This document shows positions 43,202 to 51,398 of a stretch of 64,000 bases of DNA, piece by piece. Both the position numbers and the translations under genes were made by a program. Under the pieces are notes generated by a model. The model did no database searches. It worked only from the letters and a program-made list of their open reading frames with translations, and was not told the origin of the DNA. How positions within the stretch are numbered: position 1 is the stretch's first letter; each line of letters starts with the position of its first letter. Source of the stretch: an uncultured Nitrospiraceae bacterium (GTDB lineage: Bacteria; Nitrospirota; Nitrospiria; Nitrospirales; Nitrospiraceae); assembly GCA_963706325.1 (NCBI GenBank), contig CAVPLT010000004.1, positions 64,001-128,000 of the forward strand, written 5' to 3'.

Positions 43202-43888
43202 ATGAATACCATTTCTCTTCTGGCGGGTCTCCGCTTCATCGATAGCTTTTTCCCTTCCGGCGGGTACGCCTATTCTTCGGGGTTGGAAGCGGCGGTACAG
43301 GGTGGCGCGGTGCGTTCCGGGGACGATCTTTCTCTGTACGTCGAGGATATGTTTCGGCAGGGGGTGACGCACCGCGAGGCTGTGGCAGTGGCGGTAGCCC
43401 ATGAAGCCCTTACTCGCAATGACATCCAGGCGGCGTTGTGGATCGATCATGAACTGCATGCAATGAAAATCGGGCAGGAGTCGCGCGTCGCGAGTCAGCA
43501 GATGGGACGGCAGGTGGTGAAGATTGCGGTCGAGCCGCCTGACACCCATATCGTGTTGAGAGATTTTTATGCGGCGATGGAGGCGGAACGCACGCCGGGT
43601 CATCTTCCTGTCTCTTTGGGTTTGACGCTGGCGAATGCCGGTTGGGACAAAATGGAAGCCATTGCCGCTTTTTGTTACCAAACAGCTGTTGGGTTTGTGT
43701 CGGCGGGGTTGAAACTGTTGCCGATCGGACAGCGTGAAGGGCAACATCTGCTCGAGCGCTGGATGCCGATGCTCGATGATTGCGTCAGCCGTGCGAGTGA
43801 GGCACAGGCAATGACCGCTTGGACACCAATCCAGGATATCTATGCCATGCGGCACGGGCGCTTGGAGTCGCGACTCTTCCGGTCGTAA
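43202..43888 (+). CDS. ureF: Urease accessory protein UreF
   Basis: DSFFPSGGYAYSSGLE, KLLPIGQ..GQ, C-terminal RLFRS. Confidence 0.95.
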   Translation: MNTISLLAGLRFIDSFFPSGGYAYSSGLEAAVQGGAVRSGDDLSLYVEDMFRQGVTHREAVAVAVAHEALTRNDIQAALWIDHELHAMKIGQESRVASQQMGRQVVKIAVEPPDTHIVLRDFYAAMEAERTPGHLPVSLGLTLANAGWDKMEAIAAFCYQTAVGFVSAGLKLLPIGQREGQHLLERWMPMLDDCVSRASEAQAMTAWTPIQDIYAMRHGRLESRLFRS

Positions 43889-43982
43889 GAGCTGGTGGCA
43901 GCAAAGAGCGAGAAGTGGATAGTATCCGAATCAGCTCTTTATATCGGCCGCACGCCATGTGCTATGTGCGGGTGAGGAACTG

Positions 43983-44654
43983 ATGCACCGTGAAGAAGAA
44001 CATTTCTGTGGGAACGGTTCCCCAACCAATGCGCGGGCGAAAGGCATTCCCATCATCGGGATTGGGGGGCCGGTCGGATCGGGCAAGACCGCGCTTGTGG
44101 AAGCACTCTGCCTGAAATTGCGTAATCACTACAGTTTGGCAGTAGTGACTAATGATATTTTCACGAAGGAAGACGCGGAGTTTCTGACGAAGCGGGGGGC
44201 GCTCCCGCAGGACCGCATTTTGGGAGTAGAAACCGGCGGCTGCCCGCATACGGCGATTCGCGAAGATGCCTCCCACAATCAGGCGGCGCTGGACGAATTG
44301 CTCAAGCGCCATCCCGATGTTGACCTGATGTTTGTCGAAAGCGGCGGTGACAATTTGGCTGCGACCTTCAGTCCTGAATTGGTCGATCGCGTCATTTATG
44401 TGATCGACGTGGCCGCGGGAGATAAGATTCCGCGCAAGGGTGGGCCTGGAATCACGCGCTCCGACTTACTGGTCATCAATAAGATCGATTTAGCACCGCA
44501 TGTCGGCGCCGATCTCGCGGTGATGGATCGGGATAGCCGGAAGATGCGTGGCGAGCTGCCGTTCATCTTCACCAACCTTCATGCGGGCCAGGGCCTGGAT
44601 CGGGTGATCGAATGGCTCGAAAAGGCGGTGCCATTGCGCGTGCATCGTCACTAA
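43983..44654 (+). CDS. ureG: Urease accessory GTPase UreG
   Basis: [38 protein letters not shown]. Confidence 0.98.
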   Translation: MHREEEHFCGNGSPTNARAKGIPIIGIGGPVGSGKTALVEALCLKLRNHYSLAVVTNDIFTKEDAEFLTKRGALPQDRILGVETGGCPHTAIREDASHNQAALDELLKRHPDVDLMFVESGGDNLAATFSPELVDRVIYVIDVAAGDKIPRKGGPGITRSDLLVINKIDLAPHVGADLAVMDRDSRKMRGELPFIFTNLHAGQGLDRVIEWLEKAVPLRVHRH

Positions 44655-44668
44655 GTAGTCAGGCGTCC

Positions 44669-45532
44669 ATGCCGACTCTGCTCCCCAATCAGTCGATCCT
44701 CTCCGAGGTCGGGCGTGTCGGGCGGCTAGACCTGCAGTACACACGGCAGAACCAGCGGACCATTTTGGCTCAGTCCCGCTGTTCCAGCCCCTGGCATCTC
44801 TTCCCGCCGATGTATTTGGATTCATCCGGCTGTGCCTTCACCTCTCTCATGAATCCATCCGGCGGATTCGTGGCAGGCGATCACCTTTTAATCCAGGCGG
44901 CCCTCGAGCGTGATGCGCATGTCGTGCTCTCAACGCCGTCGGCCAATCGTGTCTATCGCTCCCTGGGTGAAGAGGCCAGGCATACGGTACGCCTGTCTGT
45001 GGCATCCGGTGGCATACTTGAATGGTTCCCTGAGATGACGATTCCTTTCGCTGGGTCGCGCTTCGTCCAGACGATGGATGTACGACTCGCGACGGGCGCG
45101 ACCGCGCTGATCTGGGACAGTGTCGCTAGTGGTCGAGTCGCACGGGGAGAACGCTGGGCCTTTGCATCCTTACAGAATCACATCCGGATTACGACGTCAT
45201 CGGGAGGGCGGTTACTCGAACGATATGAGGCAAGGCCGCAGCCGGGGCAGGCCGGTCTGGTCTCCGCCTATAATTATGTTGCGTCACTCTTCGTTGTCAG
45301 TGAGTCGACCGATACGGCCATGTGGAGCGCGCTACGCGGAACGGTGGAAGAAATCCTCGATGGTTGGCCGGGCGATGTGTTGGGTGGAGTCACTGAACCA
45401 CCGCTTCCCGGGCTTGTCGTCAAGCTGGCGGCTCGATCGGCGCAAGGTCTTGCTGCGGCTCAAGATGCCTTGTGGCATGCTATCCGCAGCGGGCTGCTCG
45501 ATCTATCGAGACCCGAGTTGCGTCGGTATTAA
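44669..45532 (+). CDS. ureD: Urease accessory protein UreD/UreH
   Basis: NPSGGFVAGD, STPSANRVYRS, LEWFPE..IPFAGS, GRVARGERWAF. Confidence 0.93.
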   Translation: MPTLLPNQSILSEVGRVGRLDLQYTRQNQRTILAQSRCSSPWHLFPPMYLDSSGCAFTSLMNPSGGFVAGDHLLIQAALERDAHVVLSTPSANRVYRSLGEEARHTVRLSVASGGILEWFPEMTIPFAGSRFVQTMDVRLATGATALIWDSVASGRVARGERWAFASLQNHIRITTSSGGRLLERYEARPQPGQAGLVSAYNYVASLFVVSESTDTAMWSALRGTVEEILDGWPGDVLGGVTEPPLPGLVVKLAARSAQGLAAAQDALWHAIRSGLLDLSRPELRRY

Positions 45533-45540
45533 ATGTCGAG

Positions 45541-46457
45541 CTAGGGCTGTGGCTGAGAGTTTCGTGGACTCCTTTTCGGTTTGGGTTTGCCCGCTCCGGA
45601 TTCTTTTTCGGCCAGTTGGCGCCGCGTCGATTCGAGCTCTTCTTTGACTCGCTGCAACTTTTCCGCTTGTTTGACGACCAAATCTTTCGTGGCTTGCAGC
45701 TCCTGCTGAAGGCGGGCCTGGTCGGGTGCAGCGGAGGGCTTGGCTAGCCGGGCCTCTTGAACGCTGCTAGCCTCGACTGCCTGCGGGGCAGCGGCGAGCG
45801 AAAGTTGGGTGAGCGCCTTGACGGCAATAGCAATGCGAGGCTGCGCCGGGTCGATGATCATCCAAGATTGCGGGGCATCGGCTTCTACCTTAGCCTCTTC
45901 AGGATGGATCGCGAGTCTGAATGACCCAAGTCGTGCGTCGACTTGCCCTGGCTGACTGCGGTAATGCGCGAGTGTAATTTGGAACACATTGCGGTACTAG
46001 TAAAGGGAGCCGCCCGTCACCATGCCATCATCTTTCACTAAGAATTTCACCCGTTGATTCGGCTCAGCCTCGGTGAGGGCTTTGCTGATGAGCGGAGCCA
46101 AGAACGCGATTTCTTCGTGCGAGAAGAGAGGATAGCCGCCCTGTACATCCGTGGTTTTGGCCCGTTCGACGCCTGAGATCAGCAATCCTGTCAGGAGCTG
46201 CGCAGTCTGCCCAGGCGAGATCTCTGCGGGATGCGAGGCTTGAAAGATGTTCGGCGGGCCGCTGAACCCGCAGTGGTGCCTCTGGTTCCCAACCGCTCAA
46301 GGACGACCGATCCCAAGGCCCATCCCCGATTCGAATGATGGTGCCGGTTCCGCTGCGGGTAGAGAGCAGTAGGCCGGAGAGGATGACGGCAAGGACCGAT
46401 CCGGTGGCGACTGGATGTCCGCAGGAAATGGCGCGCCCTGTAGGAACCCAAGCTGCA
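45541..46457 (-). pseudogene. Decayed paralogue of the 31272-32234 lipoprotein
   Basis: Shares FQASHP and FS..EIAFLAP.I...L with that protein; in-frame TAG at 45997-45999; frameshifts near 46270 and 46315; 5' end approximate. Confidence 0.75.
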
Positions 46458-46528
46458 TGGAGCCGGATTGTACCACAGGGGGGAAGCCGAACTGCATGGT
46501 TTCCCTGAGAAAAGCCTGGATCTAGTAG

Positions 46529-46558
46529 TTGACAGTCCATTCTGGCCGGTGATATACA
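46529..46558 (+). promoter_or_regulatory. Candidate promoter of the nadE-amtB-PII-glnD-glnA operon
   Basis: TTGACA-N18-TATACA. Confidence 0.6.
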
Positions 46559-46574
46559 CCAGGCACCATTTTCC

Positions 46575-46641
46575 GGAGACAACGGAGTCTTCGACGGGCG
46601 CTTCGGTCGATTATCAAATGCAGACAGGACAACGACGTCCT
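46575..46641 (+). promoter_or_regulatory. ANTAR-binding dual hexaloop hairpin (leader 2)
   Basis: GGAGAC-AACGGA-GTCTTC at 46575-46592 and AGGAC-AACGAC-GTCCT at 46626-46641. Confidence 0.85.
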
Positions 46642-46677
46642 CCGATCCACACCCGTGGGTTTGAGGACGTTTTTTTT
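46635..46677 (+). terminator. Intrinsic terminator overlapping ANTAR hairpin 2 (leader 2)
   Basis: ACGTCCTC..ATCCAC/GTGGGT..GAGGACGT followed by a T8 run. Confidence 0.88.
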
Positions 46678-46821
46678 CAGCATGCTGAAATCGGCCCGTT
46701 ACGTTGTTCTCATCCGCCGCTCAAGCACCTCGACGCGTAGCCCACTGTGCAACTGGGTGGCCGTGGTCCTGGCGGCTTCGTGGCATGACGGATTTGAGCC
46801 TGCTGGTACGGAAGCGCACTG

Positions 46822-48591
46822 ATGCGATCGATACGGATTGCGATGGCACAAATGAACACGACGGTCGGTGACCTGTCAGGCAATGTTCGCCGCATTACGG
46901 GCTGGATACGAGAGGCTCGTCGGGCACGCGCAGATTTGGTAGCTTTTCCGGAGTTGGCGATCACTGGGTATCCGCCGGAAGATTTGCTGTTCAATCCTCG
47001 CTTTCTTGATGAGACGTATCGTGCATTGAAGATGGTGGCGGCGGAGGCGCGCGGACTGGTTGTGGTGGTGGGGTATGTCGGTCGGGGAACGAAGACGGGG
47101 CCGTTTCCCGATCCGTCCTCTTTATCTTCCGTCGGTCGCCATGATTTGTACAACGCAGCGGCTCTGTTGTTCGGTCGTCGCGTGCTGGCCAGCTACTGTA
47201 AGCGACATTTGCCGAACTACGGGGTGTTCGATGAGAGCCGCTATTTTCAGCCCGGGCGTCGCCTCCCGCTCCTGGTGCTGAATGGCACCAGGATTGCGGT
47301 CAACATCTGCGAAGACATTTGGTTTCCTGAGGGACCCACAAGGATGCAGGCCGCAGCGGGAGCAGAAGTCATCGTCAACATCAACGCATCTCCATTTCAT
47401 ATAGGCAAATGCCGGATGCGTGAGCAAGTGTTAGCAACGAGGGCGCGGGATAACCGGGTCATTGTGACGTACACCAATACGGTCGGGGGGCAGGATGAGC
47501 TGGTCTTCGACGGCAGCAGCTTGATTGTCGATCAGACTGGCGAGATCATCGTGCGCGGGAAGGCGTTTGAAGAAGATCTGATCATTGCCGATCTTGATGT
47601 TGCGGCGGTGGGTCGGGCACGGCTGGCGAGGGGGCGTAAGAAGTCGATACCTCCTCGGGTGGCAGTTCTCGTAGACCGAATTGCCGTTCGGTTACCCGCC
47701 AGAAAATCACGGTCGCTGGCTGTTCCGGCGCTGAGCCCGCAACTGGAGCCGTTGGAGGAGGCCTATCGGGCGCTCGTCCTTGGGGTGCAAGATTACGTCC
47801 GGAAGAACGGCTTTAAGCGTGTCGTCATCGGTTTGAGCGGCGGAGTAGACTCGGCCATCACGGCAGTCATTGCGGTGGATGCCCTCGGCGCGGAGAACGT
47901 GCTCGGGGTCTTCATGCCCTCGCCCTACACCTCAAAGGTCAGCCGCGAGGATGTCGTCGATCTAGGCCGTCGGCTCCAGATTCAGGTGGACACGCTGTCT
48001 ATCACGTCGACGTTCAAGAGTTATCTGCGTACGCTCACCCCCTCCTTCAAAGGCTCGCGCCCCGATACGACCGAAGAAAATCTTCAAGCCCGTATCAGGG
48101 GCAACCTGTTAATGGCCTATTCGAATAAGTTCGGCCATCTCGTACTGACGACCGGCAACAAGAGTGAGATGAGCGTGGGGTATGCAACGCTCTACGGCGA
48201 TATGGCGGGCGGGTTTGCCGTCATCAAAGATGTGCCGAAAACCATGGTCTATGAACTCGCGCATCTGAGGAATGCGTTGGGGCCGTCTCCGGTGATCCCG
48301 AATCGTATTCTGGAACGCCCTCCCACGGCGGAACTGCGCCCCGATCAAAAGGACGAGGACAGTTTGCCGCCGTATCCGCTGTTGGATCCTATTCTGAAGG
48401 CTTATGTGGAGGAAGACCGGACGCTGGAAGACATTGTGGCCATGGGGTTCGATAGAGCGACGGTGGCTCGGGTCATGACCATGGTCGACCGAAGCGAGTA
48501 TAAGCGGCGCCAAGCGCCGCTGGGGATCAAGATCACCTATCGGGCATTCGGCAAGGATCGGCGCATGCCGATCACAAACGGGTATCGATAG
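46822..48591 (+). CDS. nadE: Glutamine-dependent NAD+ synthetase
   Basis: Nitrilase-fold N-terminus (FPELAITGYPPED, ICEDIW) plus GLSGGVDSA, ENLQARIRG, TGNKSE..VGY.TLYGD, EYKRRQAP. Confidence 0.97.
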   Translation: MRSIRIAMAQMNTTVGDLSGNVRRITGWIREARRARADLVAFPELAITGYPPEDLLFNPRFLDETYRALKMVAAEARGLVVVVGYVGRGTKTGPFPDPSSLSSVGRHDLYNAAALLFGRRVLASYCKRHLPNYGVFDESRYFQPGRRLPLLVLNGTRIAVNICEDIWFPEGPTRMQAAAGAEVIVNINASPFHIGKCRMREQVLATRARDNRVIVTYTNTVGGQDELVFDGSSLIVDQTGEIIVRGKAFEEDLIIADLDVAAVGRARLARGRKKSIPPRVAVLVDRIAVRLPARKSRSLAVPALSPQLEPLEEAYRALVLGVQDYVRKNGFKRVVIGLSGGVDSAITAVIAVDALGAENVLGVFMPSPYTSKVSREDVVDLGRRLQIQVDTLSITSTFKSYLRTLTPSFKGSRPDTTEENLQARIRGNLLMAYSNKFGHLVLTTGNKSEMSVGYATLYGDMAGGFAVIKDVPKTMVYELAHLRNALGPSPVIPNRILERPPTAELRPDQKDEDSLPPYPLLDPILKAYVEEDRTLEDIVAMGFDRATVARVMTMVDRSEYKRRQAPLGIKITYRAFGKDRRMPITNGYR

Positions 48592-48606
48592 CAGCGTGCG
48601 GTATGA

Positions 48607-48650
48607 TGACCGACAATGACGCCGGTCAGCGGGGCTGGCAATGGCGCCAG
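48607..48650 (+). promoter_or_regulatory. Internal ANTAR-like dual hairpin with no terminator
   Basis: TGACCGAC-AATGAC-GCCGGTCA (one mismatch) and CTGGC-AATGGC-GCCAG, 6-nt linker. Confidence 0.6.
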
Positions 48651-48716
48651 AGAATAAGACACGCGGCCTTAGACGGAGGCCGTCGACACAATGTTGTTAT
48701 TTCTTTGGGAGGTGCC

Positions 48717-49605
48717 ATGCAGGTGCTCGGAGGACAGTATGTGCGAGGGTGGATGCGTAGATGCATGATGGCACCAATGTTGTTGGTCGGCTCGAATGCT
48801 CAGGCGCAGGACGTAGAGGTCGTCGCACCCAAGGCAATAACAGCTAGATGGACAAGGACCAAGCACTCGGTGTCGGTGACGATGCAAGCGGACAGTTTTT
48901 CCGGCTCCAACCCATCGATTTATGGAACGTACGGACTAACCGACAATGTCGCGCTCGCCTTCAACTTCTCCAATCGGACCATGATCAGCAGAGTCGGCAT
49001 ACATGACAATGCGCCATGACTGGAAAGGGATGTGGGCTTGAATTTGACCTTCCTAGAGAAACGGCTGTCCATCACACCCATGATCGGGTTCGCACATGGT
49101 CAGCTCTTGTCGGCACGGGTGCATACTTTCCAAACGGCGGAGGCAGTGTGAACAGACGCACCACCGCGTTTGAACGCGCCATGCCGAATGTAACCATGAA
49201 TTACCTCGACAATCGGTTCGAAGGGGAGTTCTATCTGGGGTACTACAAGGTGATTCGGAGCGAAGGCGGAAGCGACAGCGGGGGAGTAATCAAATTGTGG
49301 CAATCCCGGCGATATGAATCGCCTGGGGTCGGCTCAGGCGGGTGGCAGGGGTACCTGAGACTTCTTGCACTTCTGGGTGAGCGCCGGAGTACGCGTGAAC
49401 AGCATGTGGTCGATGGGGGCGCATCACGAACATCTGCTGACGACCCGTGACAGCAGCGCACCGGGAGCTGCACAGGACTACTATCGCTGGATCGGGCCCT
49501 ATGTCGAAATGAACTTCCGGGCAACATGGCCTTCCGGTTTACGGTAAGCAAAGACCTGACCGATAATCAGGATTTCTACAAATTGAATTTACCAAGGCCT
49601 TTTGA
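48717..49605 (+). pseudogene. Multiply frameshifted outer-membrane beta-barrel gene (resembles DUF6733-type proteins)
   Basis: GGAGGT RBS and signal peptide; beta-strand segments spread over different frames (SVSVTMQADSF, GLNLTFLEKRLSITPMIG, FEGEFYLGYY, DFLHFWVSAG, YRWIGPYVE, FYKLN-TKAF*); terminal Phe; family name from recall. Confidence 0.7.
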
Positions 49606-49686
49606 TTCCGGCCAGCCGCGTGAGGCTCAGGACGAGAAGGGGTGTCCTTCTGGTCCCGAGTTTCCCGATGCGAAGGAGGCTCGATC

Positions 49687-51012
49687 GTGACCATATTGAA
49701 GCGTTCCGGCATCCTACTCTGTTCAGGGTTGGGACTGCTCATGGCGTTGCTGATTGGAATTTCTGACGCCGGGGCCCAGAGTGCGCCATTAAAAGCCGAT
49801 AGCGGGGATACGGCCTGGGTGCTCGTGTCGTCAGCATTCGTGCTGGCGATGCTGATGCCCGGGCTCGCGCTGTTTTACGGAGGATTGGTGCGCACCAAAA
49901 ACGTGCTCGCGACTATCATGCAGAGCATCATGATCTTGAGCGTGGTCAGCGTGCTGTGGGTCCTGTTCGGGTACAGCCTGGCCTTCGGACCGGATAAAGG
50001 CGGTGTGATTGGCGGCTTGGACTGGGTCGGGCTCAGCGGGGTGGGCGCCGAACCGCATCCAATCTACGGACCGACGATTCCTCACCAGGCCTTCGTGTTG
50101 TTTCAGATGATGTTTGCGGCGATCGCTCCGGCGTTGATCACGGGCGCCTTCGCCGAACGGAAGCGTTTTACGTCGGTCGTGTTGTTTGCGGGGATCTGGT
50201 CGCTCGTGGTCTATGTGCCGCTGGTACATTGGATCTGGGGTGGGGGATGGTTGGCCAAATTGGGCGCCTTGGATTTTGCCGGCGGCGCGGTCATCCACAT
50301 CAACTCCGGCGCATCGGCCCTGGTCTGCGCGATTATGTTGGGCAAGCGGCGAGGGTATGGGACTGATTATATGGCGCCCCACAATCTTCCGATGACGTTG
50401 CTCGGGACAGGCTTTTTGTGGTTCGGGTGGTTTGGTTTCAACGGCGGCAGCGCGCTGGGCGCGAATGGCATTGCCGTGTCGGCCATCCTCGCGACCCATA
50501 CGGCGGCGGCTATGGGTGCCATGGCCTGGTGTGGGGTCGAGTGGGCACATCGCGGCAAGCCTACCGTATTGGGGGTCGCAAGCGGAGCCGTCGCCGGGCT
50601 CGCGACCGTGACGCCCGCGGCAGGCTATATCAGTCCGCTTTTCGCGCTGGCGATCGGTACCGTGGCCGGTATGGCCTGCTATGGAGCGATTGTCTGGAAG
50701 GGGCGATTCGGCTATGATGACTCGCTTGACGTCGTGGGGATTCATGGAGTCGGGGGAGTGATCGGGATTCTCGCTACCGGACTCTGTGCCAGCAAGCTTA
50801 TCAATCCGGCCGGCGCCGATGGCCTGCTCTATGGCAATCCTGGTCTCTTGGGCATCCAGCTGCTCGTTGTGGTAGTCACGGCGATTTTCTCGATGGTCGG
50901 CACATTTGTCATCCTCAAATTGGTCGATTCCATGACAGGGTTGCGCGTGTCTCCTGAAGAGGAAGCGAACGGGCTGGATTTGAGTCAACATAACGAGCGG
51001 GCTTATTCGTGA
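49687..51012 (+). CDS. amtB: Ammonium transporter
   Basis: DTAWVL, PGLALFYGGLVR, FQMMFA, DFAGGAVIH, WFGWFGFNGGS, DDSLDV.GIHG. Confidence 0.98.
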   Translation: MTILKRSGILLCSGLGLLMALLIGISDAGAQSAPLKADSGDTAWVLVSSAFVLAMLMPGLALFYGGLVRTKNVLATIMQSIMILSVVSVLWVLFGYSLAFGPDKGGVIGGLDWVGLSGVGAEPHPIYGPTIPHQAFVLFQMMFAAIAPALITGAFAERKRFTSVVLFAGIWSLVVYVPLVHWIWGGGWLAKLGALDFAGGAVIHINSGASALVCAIMLGKRRGYGTDYMAPHNLPMTLLGTGFLWFGWFGFNGGSALGANGIAVSAILATHTAAAMGAMAWCGVEWAHRGKPTVLGVASGAVAGLATVTPAAGYISPLFALAIGTVAGMACYGAIVWKGRFGYDDSLDVVGIHGVGGVIGILATGLCASKLINPAGADGLLYGNPGLLGIQLLVVVVTAIFSMVGTFVILKLVDSMTGLRVSPEEEANGLDLSQHNERAYS

Positions 51013-51048
51013 ATGACGCCGTCGACTGAGAGCGGTCGCCGGTCCTAG

Positions 51049-51396
<348 letters not shown>

Positions 51397-51398
51397 GT

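Noticed and set aside
48603..49547. Three separate hypothetical ORFs (48603, 49016, 49365)
   Set aside because: They read as out-of-frame fragments of one decayed outer-membrane gene
49831..50991. 386-aa minus-strand ORF
   Set aside because: Lies wholly opposite amtB; shadow ORF
51008..51020. AATGAC after amtB (and at 40360 before ureA) as further ANTAR sites
   Set aside because: Flanks do not close a hexaloop stem, and there is no partner hairpin or terminator
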